Origin: Trichoplax adhaerens
Lineage: Eukaryota > Animalia > Placozoa
NCBI RefSeq assembly: GCF_000150275.1
Contig: NW_002060950.1
Location: forward strand, 1,228,106 to 1,292,105
Direction of reading: 5' to 3'
DNA: 64,000 nt
The notes beneath the pieces were generated by a model. It was given only the letters and a program-made list of their open reading frames with translations, made no database searches and had not been told where the DNA came from. Below are positions 14,261 through 33,720 of this stretch, one piece after another; position 1 is the stretch's first letter; every line of letters starts with the position of its first letter. Position numbers and translations under genes: made by a program.

Positions 14261-15010
14261 TACCTATCATCAGATATAGAGCAATCACAGCTTCATTAGC
14301 CTGTTGATGATTCATTCTCATTTCCCGAAATAAAAATGGATCCGCCTTACGCTGTAGCCGGCAAAGGTTAATTGATTTGTTGACGTTCTACTACGCCTAC
14401 TATCCAATGTCTGAGCCAGAGAAATCACGTTATCCTATCAAGAGTAGCCTACCTACCATCAGATATAGAGCAATCACAGCTTCATTAGCCTGTTGATGAT
14501 TCATTCTAATTTCCCGAAATAAAAATGGATCCGCCTTACGCTGTAGCCGGCAAAGGTTAATTGATTTGTTGACGTTCTACTACGCCTACTATCCAATGTC
14601 TGAGCCAGAGAAGTCACGTTATCCTATCAAGAGTAGCCTACCTACCATCAGATATAGAGTAATCACAGCTTCATTAGCCTGTTGATGATTGATTCTAGAT
14701 TCCATGAAATAAACATGGATCCGCCTTACACTGTAGCCGGCAAAGGTTAATTGATTTGTTGACGTTCTGCTACGCCTACTATCCAATGTCTGAGCCAGAG
14801 AAGTCACGTTATCCTATCAAGAGTAGCCTACCTACCATCAGATATAGAGCAATCACAGTTTCATTAGCCTGTTGATGATTGATTCTAGATTCCATGAAAT
14901 AAACATGGATCCGCCTTACACTGTAGCCGGCAAAGGTTAATTGATTTGTTGACGTTCTGCTACGCCTACTATCCAGTGTCTGAGCTAGAGAAATTACGCT
15001 ATCCTATCAA
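14261..15010. repeat. Tandem array of four ~189-190 bp units
   Basis: CAGATATAGAG anchors at 14271, 14460, 14649 and 14839. Each unit carries GGATCCGCCTTAC and GTCTGAGC; the units are near-identical. Confidence 0.97.
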
Positions 15011-15358
15011 GCCTATCTTGACTAATCTTGACTAACCTTGGCAACATCAGCATGGCATGGATTGAAGGAGGGTGTGTTGATGAAAACTATTGGACGAAGA
15101 TGGATCAATACTCACTTCCGGTCTACAGTCGAGTGGATTGATTAAGGCTAAGGTAAATCAAGTCGAATATTAAGTCGTTTTCAAACACTTGATCGTTGCT
15201 CATACTCATACTGTTACAGTACCGTATTCCGCCCGGATGTGTTCTTTGTCAGGAATACAGACGGAAGAGACGTTCTCGGACGGACGGTAAACGCTGTACA
15301 GTGTGTAGTGTACAGTACAGTACACTACAAAAAGGACTCCAATATTAATACTACTGTA

Positions 15359-15524
15359 CAGTATGTCTAAGATATTTCAGCCGATAAATTTTAACTAGCA
15401 AAATCAAGGAATCCCTTTATTCTGCACAAATTATACATCAATTGATGTATTATTTGTTCACTTTCCGAAATTTATTTGTTTTTGGATGTTAAAATTTATC
15501 GGCTGAAATATCTTAGACATACTG
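15359..15524. mobile_element. 166-bp MITE, Tc1/mariner(pogo)-type, with perfect 37-bp TIRs and TA target duplication
   Basis: TA|CAGTATGTCTAAGATATTTCAGCCGATAAATTTTAAC (15359-15395) is the exact reverse complement of GTTAAAATTTATCGGCTGAAATATCTTAGACATACTG|TA (15488-15524). The AT-rich interior is non-coding. Confidence 0.88.
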
Positions 15525-15739
15525 TACACTGTACTGTACAGTGCTTCATTTTTATAACTTGTCCATGTAAAACAGATGTCGTCAGCTTAGGCTTTGTCGA
15601 GAGTATAACACTAGGAAATAGTACGACATTGATTTTACACACTTTTGTCGATGTATTGTACTGCCTGCACGTCTTTACCATTTGGAAAATTTCAATACGG
15701 TAGTAACTGGTACCGAGTACTGTATAGTGTACAGTATAT

Positions 15740-16302
15740 CAGTGAAAGGAACGGAAAGAGAGTGCGTAGTTAATCGCAGACGGGAACGCGCTTGCGTACG
15801 TGTATACTGTACAGTATAACAGTGTATCAGTGTACAGTACTGTACAGTATGACAATAATGACATACAGTATGTACTGTAGTACAGGAAGAATCGACCATC
15901 CTGCACAGTGTACAGTGTACAGTACAGCGATCGGGATATACTGTACAGTACTGTACTGTACTGTACACTGTACTGTACAGTAGTACAGATCACTCTGGGA
16001 GTACAGTACTGTACAGTATCACGCCATACTGTACTGTACAGTACGGTACAGTTACATTACTGTACTATGTACTGTAAAGTGTACAGTACAGTACTGTACA
16101 CAATATTGACTCGATGAAGCTAAGTTAGCTAACCATGTCATACAGTACAGTATCGTGTTAAGTGGAGTACTGTACAGTACTGTACACGTCACATTACTGT
16201 ACTGTACTATACAGTACTGTACGTGTACAGTAAAGTAAATCAGTGAAAGGAACGGATAGAGTGTGCGTAGTTGCTCTCAGACGCCAACACGCGCTTGCGT
16301 AC
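15740..16302 (+). repeat. Pair of ~60-bp imperfect direct repeats (15740-15799 and 16241-16302)
   Basis: Both read CAGTGAAAGGAACGGA(A/T)AGAG(A/T)GTGCGTAGTT...CAGACG...ACGCGCTTGCGTAC. Confidence 0.9.
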
Positions 16303-16354
16303 AGTACAGGACACAATATTGACTACCGTACAGTACAGTAGACAACCCCCGGCT

Positions 16355-16440
16355 GCTATTGGCTAATCGCAGGCCATCACGTGCTCATATAACCGTCAAG
16401 CGAGCTCCTGCTTTATTTGCCTTGCAAATTCAAATTTAAA
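16355..16440 (+). promoter_or_regulatory. Putative PRC1 promoter: CCAAT box, E-box, MYB-like site and CHR-like elements
   Basis: ATTGG 16358, CACGTG 16378, TAACCG 16390, TTCAAA 16429 and TTTAAA 16435. A candidate 5'UTR exon donor CAAG|GTAAAA follows at about 16520. Confidence 0.5.
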
Positions 16441-17761
16441 AAGGAAAACATTCGTCGGTGATTTGCTGATTGCAGAAAGGGAAAAGTGTCCATCGACTAA
16501 TTGCGGACTCGCATCCAAGGTAAAATCAGTTGTTTCCTCTTGTTTTCCTTGCTATCGCCATTCAGTAGTATTACTTTGAGATAGAACTGACATTTGTTTG
16601 CCCAATAGTGCCTTTCCAGTGGAATCGTCAACAAGCCAATTGCAAAGCAGATCAAGTGATTCATTTTGAAGCACATATTCCACTGTGTTGGACTACAATT
16701 ATTATCATTAATTATTATAATATCAAGATCAGTCATTATTGCATCCATCAAACAAGCACAAAATGGGAACCAATTTGTAAGTATGACTATCAAGTTAGAC
16801 AATGTTTAGTTTCAATTGTTCAATATTCAGAGGATAGGATGTTCAACTGGTTAAAAACCAGACCAAAGAGAACACGATTGGCCTCCAATTTTGATCCATT
16901 CCACTTGGGTAACCACACTCGTTTTCTTACCACCCATCTCATAGCGAGTACAGTCTATTCTTACAACCATCAAATTTGCTTATGGAAGCAAAAAGAAAAG
17001 GATGAATACTTTATTAGTACCAGCTTTAAATACAATCCTAGGATCTTCATGTTGATATAATGTTCAAGTTAACAAACCCAGAACAAGGAGAGGACTATCG
17101 CACTCTCTCAATGTCGTTTTATTAAACCCAGCAACATACTGTTTTCTCACCATTCATACAATCTAGTCTTACCAACGTGACTTCACTCATGGAAAGAAAA
17201 ATAAGGATAAATACTTTATTAATACCCGCTTTCAATCCAATCATTCCTACACATTAACTATCGCTCTACGTCACTGTAATGGAATAACTTTGTCGTCACT
17301 TCATACACATAACCGTCTCGACCTATATGTGGCTTTGCCTTGCTTCCCTCATTTCAAATTATCCATTCTTTTCTGCTAGGTTTTTCAGTCATAGTTTTGA
17401 CATATTGCAATTGCAGTGCCATAGCCAATAATTGCTTTAAAATTGACTGTAATGTAGTAGTTAATATCATACAATGATAGTTTAGCTGATAAATAAGTGC
17501 TCAATTCACACATAAAACTGATCTATTCAATTAGCTCTATTTTTGTATGACAGCATCGGGACAAATGGAAATGTTACTATCATGATTGCTTTGAGAATAT
17601 CAATTTATATGATGCCAGTATTAAGAATGTAGCTATTGACATTGAATAACACGATAGCTTCTGCATCGATATTAAACTACCATTGGCATTGTCTTAAGTA
17701 GAACTCGTTACCAAATGAATAGGAGATAGCTTACTGACTGATTGATTTTTGATACCTTCAA

Positions 17762-20700
17762 ATGCTGCATAGGGAAATGAGAGAAAACATTATAAGCAAT
17801 TTGGAGACATCCTTGTTAAAACTACGTGCGATATGGACTGAAGTTGGTATGACAGAGGAACAAAAAGAGGAAAGAAATCAAGTTGTTATTATGCATATGG
17901 TGTCGTTATTAGAACAAATGGTAGACGAGGAATTGGATATGAAAAATAAAATCCTTGCCAATATTAAAGAATTTAGTCGTGAATTGGCCAAGATTTGTAG
18001 TGAATTACAAGTTCCACAGATGAAAGTATGTTTCTCACTTGCATTATAGTGTATAGCTATAGCTCCATTCCTTATGAGATATAAATGAAACTATAACAGC
18101 ACAATACTTGTAGCCCATCATCAACTGCTAACAACTATATTTTACAGACTGATGAGAGCTTAACATTATTGGAAATGGAAAAATCGTTAAGGACTGAAGT
18201 TGATCGTTTATCATTGGAGCGCCATCTTCGATTGAAAAATTTGAAAACTCTTGTCGATGATGAGGATCGTATTTGTAAACGTTTAGCAAGATCATTAAAC
18301 CCTGATCGAATTATTGGTGTACCGACTGAAAGCAGGCTTAACGAATACAGCCAGTACGTTGAAACAATCAAGAAAGAATTGGTACGTAATTGTTCGATAT
18401 CGTGTAGTCAATGTAGTAGTAATGAACTTGATAACTTAAAGCCTATACTTGTGTTATTATTAAATGGATGCAAATAGGAAAAGCGTGAAAGCATGTTTAT
18501 CTCAACGAAAGAAGTTCTGGTTCACCTGTGGGATGAGTTAGAGGTTACACAAACCGATGACAAAGAAACAGCCATAGCATCATCTGATGCCAACAATTAT
18601 GAATTATCAGATAGCAATATGGATTATCTGAAAGCCTTAATTACTAAAGTAATTTATTTCTAACTAAAGGCGTTATAAATAAAGTATAAATCATAATGAT
18701 AGCGTCTAGTTTCTCACAGTTTGAATGGAATTATTTTCATGTAGTATGAAACTCAATTGAAAGAAAACGAAGAAAAGACAAACCAGCTTAGACGAGACGT
18801 TGAACATTTATGGAATCGGTTAGATATCGAAGAAGAGCAACGCGAAGCTTTTAATGAAGTTACACATGGATGTAAACCTTCTGTCATAACAGCTGTAAGA
18901 AATTATCTTCGATTCTAAACACAAACAATATCGTTGCTACGTTGATTTATGAAAGCACTAATATTGGCTCAATTTACAATCTATAATTTTGTGGAGTAGC
19001 TTGAATTGGAGCTCGATGCGTTAAATAAAATGAAGCTTGAAAATCTGAAAAAACTGGTTGAAAAATCAAGGTCAGAAATAGATATATTTGTCTATTCTAT
19101 GAATCATTTTAGTCAATTGCCTCATGAATATTTCTGCTATCATGTTTTTTCATCTTATCTAACAGACAAGATTTAAACCAATGGTGGGATAAGTGCCATT
19201 TTGATTCAGAAGAAAGAATGAAATTTGAACCAGTTACATCAGGCGAGACATCGAGTAGTTCATCAGTAGTATATATTCTATAGTTTTAGTTAATAATGCG
19301 AACGATACACTGATAATATCACTAATCAATGTAAAGAAATAATATTGCAGCAAGTAATCTTGCTAAACTGCTAGAAAGAAAATGCATTGCTGGCTTTTAA
19401 ATTATACTGCATCCTAAAATTACTTTAACAATAATTACGGCATACAACCGACCCGACCCTTTTCTTATAGTTTTAACTTTTTATAACGGACATTTATAGA
19501 GGACTATTCGGAAGATTTACTAAACTTGCACGAAAATGAAATTAAAAGAATCACCGATTATTACAGTGAACATGAGTCTTACTACCAACTTGTTGAACAC
19601 TGGTACACTCTTTGGAATAAGTGGCTTGAATTTGAAGTATGCATAACTATAAAATTATAATGCATCCTTGTAAATACACTATTTAAAAATGTTTTGGTAT
19701 TTGCCTTTTATAAATTATTTAATTGATTGCAATTATTTATAGGCAAGGGCAAATGATCCCAACAGATTTGGTAATCGTGGTGGTAGATTACTTCAAGAAG
19801 AAAAATTACGTCGTGCACTTAATAAGGAATTTCCAAAGGTGAATAGCATAACGCTACCTAATCTTTATGTCTAAAATTGCTATAGAGGTGTAGTCATAAT
19901 AAAATAAGCTTAGTCTGCACTTTATGAGTATGAATTAATTGTGTTATCAATAACTTATAATATAAAAAAATTAAGGTTGAAAAGGATCTTACGGCGAAGA
20001 TGTTAAAGTATGAAAAGGAAAAAAGTAAACCTTTCTGTATCGATGGCCAACGATTCCTAGATACTATCGAAGCTTTAAAGGAAGAACATAAACTACGAAA
20101 AACGCAAGAAAAAATGGATAGAGTACGTAATTGATAGTATAGTATAATTCTTTAGATTGGTGGCTGATTTATTATGGGCTATGCCTATATTTATTTTTAT
20201 CATTTTTTTTTAAAATATTAACAAGTCATAATTATTTATTCGCCGTAATTATTTAGCAAATTGCTAAAGAACGTGAATTACAAAAAGAATTGACCTATGG
20301 GGCCAAACCAAGTCCAGTTAAGAGGTACTGAAAATTCTCATTCTCAAAAGTATTTGAACTAGAAATAAATATAATGAAAATATAATACATCTACAGGCGA
20401 TTTGCTGGCACACCTGTTAAAACACCAACTATGAAGAAGCAAAAGGTATAGTTAATTTTCACCAGTATTGAAACTGGGATTGTTTAACTATTTTTTATAT
20501 AAATTTATTGCAAATCTACAGAGATATGCATGAAGAAAATATAATTATTATTATTAATAATATATTTTTTAGGTTTCAACCATGTCAACAGGAAGTGCTC
20601 ATAGTCGAGTACAATCTCGTATTAACGTACCACAAAGCAGTAAGACTCCAGGAAGAGTTAAAGTAAGTGTACTTACAGTTGTAAGTTACTCGTATATTAT

Positions 20701-21219
20701 AAACGAGCTCTAAATAACTTCATTTTTAGCCTAGCGAGACTGTAACATGAAATACTTTTTTGTTGGCTTATTTTTATGATAAGATGGCTAAAGGTTCTCG
20801 GGTTACTCCAGCTAAGACTGCAAGGTCCAAAAATATACGTATTCTTAAAGAAGTGAACAGTAACAGCAACGAAGGTTACAACTTTGAAACAGCGAATATG
20901 AAGACAAATGAAATTTCTTTTCCATCAACTTGTAATTCTTTTACAGATTTTACGGTAAAGTCATCAAACTAACGTCTAGATTTCTATGTGGATATACATA
21001 TATAGAAATAGTCATGGAATTAAACAGATTTATTTATTATTATTATTACTATTACCATACTTATTGCAATGCAGTGTTTAATTAATCTTGAATTATTCGT
21101 TCTTACAAGTTTTTCCTGATGTATTCGTATAGAGAGAACTACACGAAGCTACTAAGAATAACCAACGCAGTAGTGTTATATCGACTGTCAACGATGAAAA
21201 CCTTCAGCTTATTCATTAA
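17762..21219 (+). CDS. PRC1: Protein regulator of cytokinesis 1 (PRC1/Ase1/MAP65 family), multi-exon; exact start codon uncertain
   Basis: [31 protein letters not shown], signature [21 protein letters not shown], Cdk-type GTPVKTPT, and terminal exon RELHEAT...IH* (21133-21219). Confidence 0.93.
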
Positions 21220-23469
21220 AATCAGCATTAGAAAAACATCTCAATTTTATCAACCATGTTACCTGTTTAATCTTATTTAATTTATAAACCGAAGCGATCG
21301 TTCAATTACAATTAACAGAACTCGCAATGCTGTATCCCACAAAGATAAATGAAAGTTATGGATATTACTAGAAGTATCGAACATTACGGCCGTAGACAAT
21401 TGTAAATTCTTAATTATTAAGTAATTAATTCAAAAACTTTTTTAAGCAACAACGTATTAAGAATTAGGCGTAAAATTTATTTTAATGAACTAATGGATTA
21501 ATCGTATGCCATTAACAGTATACGTTAACTCTTTTGCAATATAAATAAGCTAGTTAGTACAAATGAGAATGTTTAAAGTACAACTTTGTTTACACACACA
21601 CACTTCATAACAGGCCTTAACTTATCGGATTACAATGATCCCAAAGGCATGATGGCCTAAGCGTTCTTTAACTTGGCAATGGCAACCCTTACAATTGGAG
21701 AATTAAAAGTAGCAAAGGCCGTAATATGGCTATAATTATAATATGCACTTGTAGATTTCAGTATGTGTGCAATACTATCGACCACCTGTCACTACGTATT
21801 ATATGTTGCTGTCTTGTCATATCGTCTTGTATCGCAATAGTTATAGTATTAATAAAATTTAAGTATGAAACTGTAGCCAACAATTTGTATATATATAACA
21901 TTAAAATCATACTTTATAAGACTGATGAGTCAGTTGACGTTTAAGCTATTCAAAAGTCAACCGATACGCAAGCATGGTTAATTTCAGATGGCTCTTACGT
22001 CATCAAATTTACTATTTAACTTCGCATCGTCGAATTTTCAAAAAAATATAATTTGCTGATATACTATTCATATGCAAGTAGTTAATCAACTGTTGCTCCT
22101 TAATTATTTGAGAAATTTAAAATATCTGCCTAGAAATACTCTAGAAGATACTCTGAGCATTATCGTCTCATGGCATGATGACAATTGCATAAAGCTAATA
22201 ACGAAATGCTACAGTTTGATCCATCCCTTTATTGGGGTCGTACAGTATCATTAAAAAATGTTATTTGCACGTATTAATTATTTCAGTAAATTGTATATTT
22301 GATTACTGAGAAGTGAAATTTTGTTAATATAGGCCGTCAATACGAGAATTATTACTAGTAGACTAGGTACATTTGTTACGAAAGAGGTTTTTTGATTTCA
22401 CAAAATTATAGGCCGTAAAAGTAGGGTGACCAAAATCTTGCATCAGCCTACTCTGATTACAAGAAATCATTTTAAAATTGGCTAAAATGTTCAATAATAA
22501 CTGACTTATTGGTCAATGTTTAACTTACTGTAAATTAATTATTCTTGAATTCGAGCATATTTCTCACTGGGGTAAAATCAATGAATAAAACATATCAATG
22601 CTCTTTAAGAAACTATGTTATTTATTCCAAGCTAAGTAACAAGATCGAAAATCGCTAAAAGTGAAATTATCAATTCAAGTTTATATCACTGAAGGGTAGA
22701 TAATACAGTGTTGAGTCTATAAGTTTTAAATCTACAACGGAAAAAGAAAATTGAAGTTAAAATGACAACGAAAGTACAGCATGAATGAATAAGTAATTAC
22801 ACTGCAAAATAACAAAAGTAATTACAAGAAAATCGCGTAAATGCTCTATCATTGACATTGCTGTCGGCTAAATAGGCATATCTAGGGATTCAAGATTTGC
22901 TACAAGTTAGCTATATAATGAATGTGCCTTGTTAATATCGGATAATCGAAGCTTTTTGTAATTATTAATTTATCATAACGTCAATAATTGTAATCTGTAA
23001 GTTATTGAAAAGACTGTAGCTTCTACAGCAATCTTTCATAATGATTTAGTATGCAATTTTACTACAAGACGTCAGCAATAAAATCTTAAAAATATAAATA
23101 AACAAAGTCTTTATATTAAACAAACTGACGTATTGAGTGAGAATAATGCAGTATAGTATAATGCTACTATACTACATAAGGAATTGATCGATACTTTTAA
23201 TGACTTAAAAATTCGTAAATAAGTTAAGTAAATATTGTTAACAAATTAGTATATTCAGAAGTTTAATCACTAAAATGGGATTATTTGATGAAATACTGCT
23301 TACATTAATATACAGTACGGAATATCTTTGCTTTACCAATTGTCATTTGCGATAGTATCTGCTTTATTACATACGTATATAGAAATAGAAATAATATAGA
23401 AGGTGGATCAATGTTACAGAGCATATACCACAAACTAACAGTAAAGGCGTCAATAACAAAATTAAACAC

Positions 23470-31336
<7,867 letters not shown>

Positions 31337-32291
31337 CTATAAGGAAAGATAAAAATACAGAGATGGATACAGTTAGATATTAGCAACACAACATCCATCA
31401 TGGTCGATATATGTGCATGATGATGCTTTTATTAGGGTAATATGGCAGTCATGTTGGAAATTGTTACTAACATCGAGTAGAACTGACAAAGACAGCCTAA
31501 AGAAGACTAAAGTTAGTGTCTAACAGGGTAGAATTGGTAATAAAATTAGCGTTGTATTCAACAAAAAAATTGTTGTATAATCCCTTGAAAACATATGGTT
31601 TCTATCCAAAATTAACAAAGTAAATGAAAATCGAATTTAATTAACTTGATATTCTAATTGACTAAAAGATATTCAATAATAGAATGTTTTAATTGACAGA
31701 TCGATTTTCTACAGTGACATTCATCTACGTAGGATAAACAACTTCTTCTACATTTTGCCATCATATCAATTCCTATTCAAGAAACTCATCCCATCTACAG
31801 TACTAGGAATAATCTTCAATAAACTCCTTCATCTCTAAAGTTCATTACACCAATAGTATACAGTGGACTTGAACGCTCATTGTAGTTGGAAGTTAATTAA
31901 ATTACATGGTAAGAAAAAGGAACTGAAAAATGTTCTGCTATCTAATCCAAATCTGATCGATTTCTAATTAATTTTCAAAACTACGGTATTCATTCTATTA
32001 GTAGTAGATGAGTACACTTAGGCTAAGTGAAAAGTGGTTTAATTGCACTGCAAAGAGAATTCAATTGGAAAATTTTTTCATCCAAATTTGATTGGCTTCC
32101 TTTCTTATTATTAATATAAAGTGAATACGTCAACAATTAATTAGTACAACTTGTTCTAGATACAATTTGATTAAATACATCGCAAAGAGAAACGCTCTCG
32201 AATCAAAATCTACCATCAGATCCCAATTTGATTGATATCCCTTTTACAATTAAATACTAAGTTCGCCATTAGCGAAACAGTATACTTGTTT

Positions 32292-32925
32292 AAAGTGAAA
32301 GTTAATTTTAATACACCGATATCAAGACAAAGTAAGGTGGAAAAACATCATTCTGTGATGGATAGTCTCGGTTTTGGTCCTATTTGCTGATTTTAAGGCT
32401 TTTTACTAATCATTTTGATAGCCAAGTTTTGATTCACAGCACTGCATTACCCCCAAATTGCCGAGTCTATATGCCAACAACTAAGCATTGCAATTATTTA
32501 AAAGTGAAAGTTAATTTAGAGCACAGACATCAAGACAAAGTAGATTATATACTGTACTTAGACTGATGGCGTAAGTTCAATTCTCTGTTAAACAGTGCAA
32601 GTTTTGGTCCTATTTGTTGGTTTTAAGGTATTATTTTATCATTTTTCATAGCCAGTTTTTGATTCACAGCACTGTATTCTACCAAATTACTAAGTCGATA
32701 GGTCAACAACTAAGCAGTGAAGTAGTTCAAAGTGAAATTTGATTTAATTTACCGACATCAAGACAACGTAGATTATGTACTTTGGCTGATACTGCCAGTT
32801 CAAGAACATTCTCTGTCGAGTAGTGCAAATTTTGATCTTATTTGCTGATTAAACAGTATTGGAATCATTTTTTATAGCCAGATTTTGATTTACAGCACTA
32901 TATTGTACTACGTTACCAAGTCTAT
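32292..32925. repeat. Degenerate tandem array of three ~210-230 bp units
   Basis: Shared anchors AAAGTGAAA, ATCAAGACAA, TTTTG(G/A)TC(C/T)TATTTG and TTTTGATT(C/T)ACAGCACT recur in units starting at about 32292, 32500 and 32729. Confidence 0.9.
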
Positions 32926-33179
32926 GTTCTCCATACGCGTATGACTACCAACGTGGCCATATTATAGCATTTTATTATTACCGTAATGGATTCATTTCCT
33001 CTCATTTTAAATGATGCAAAATAAGAAGAGATCAAGATATTCTACCTACTAGTCGAGCTCTCGCTCATGCTACTTCGCTTACGGTCAAGCGACGTTATCT
33101 CAAGATAGTTGAAGTAAACTGTGAAAATAGAGTCTTGTTGTTATGTAGGTTTAGTAGGATGGGTAGGAGATGCAAGTTA

Positions 33180-33720
33180 TTATTATTCCAACGGCTACAG
33201 CTTATGATAATAAGTTGAAAAATTGGATAATCATGCTACAAAATAATCTTTGGGATTTATTGTAATGTCGATGTACAGTACATGACAGTATGGAAGTGGT
33301 CGGGAATATACCTAAAAGGCTTCCTAAGTAACAATCCAGTCGTCTGGTTTTACCGATTGATTCGGTCAAAAGATATGGATGATTACGTGCATGTATTGCG
33401 CCATTTAAATTATCATTTCCGTCCAAACTATTATTTATTTTAAGTGTCATTTTGAACTGTTGGAGGTGGATCGGATCAAAGTGTATTGAAATCAATTCTT
33501 GAATCAGCAATCTCTTTCCTTCTTTGATACTTCAATACGCATCAAAATTATTGAATTCAGTCACTATCAACGAGAAATTTCCAACTAACGAATCAGCGTT
33601 ACTGCATGCATTCCATGCAAGCAAATACACCGGATATTACTGTCAAAATTACAATTAACAGAACCCCGAAAAAGTGTTCTACTTGTGCGGAAGGGCACAA
33701 ATGGCGTAAGTTGGACAACT
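33180..33720 (+). pseudogene. Possible decayed LTR-retrotransposon gag relic
   Basis: A broken + strand frame reads WKWSGIYLKGFLSNNPVVWFYRLIRSKDMDDYVHVLRHLNYHFRP* (gag-like pattern). A degenerate zinc knuckle KKCSTCAEGHKWRK lies at about 33669-33710. There are many stops and no LTRs or pol were seen. Confidence 0.3.

Larger units (their letters stand above)
15290..16340. repeat. Large TACAG/TACTG-rich composite tract between divergent GALC and PRC1
   Basis: Example at 15939: TA CTG TA CAG TA CTG TA CTG TA CTG TA CACTG TA CTG TA CAG TA. It explains the YCTV/TVQY/YST pseudo-ORFs on both strands. Confidence 0.95.

Noticed and set aside
14261-15010. CRISPR array, or U14/U8 snoRNA identity for the 189-bp units
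   Set aside because: No unique spacers and a eukaryotic context. Similarity to U14 is limited to a few bases and lacks the 18S-complementary domains.
15220-15702. Possible larger TA|CCGTATT...AATACGG|TA element enclosing the MITE
   Set aside because: Only 7 bp of inverted match, too little to call TIRs.
15476-16117. Several 61-97 aa ORFs rich in Y/C/T/V/Q/S
   Set aside because: Translation artefacts of the TACAG/TACTG tract and the MITE.
16497-17060. 150-aa (+) and 101-aa (-) ORFs upstream of PRC1
   Set aside because: Non-ATG starts and no recognisable domain; probably within a PRC1 5'UTR intron.
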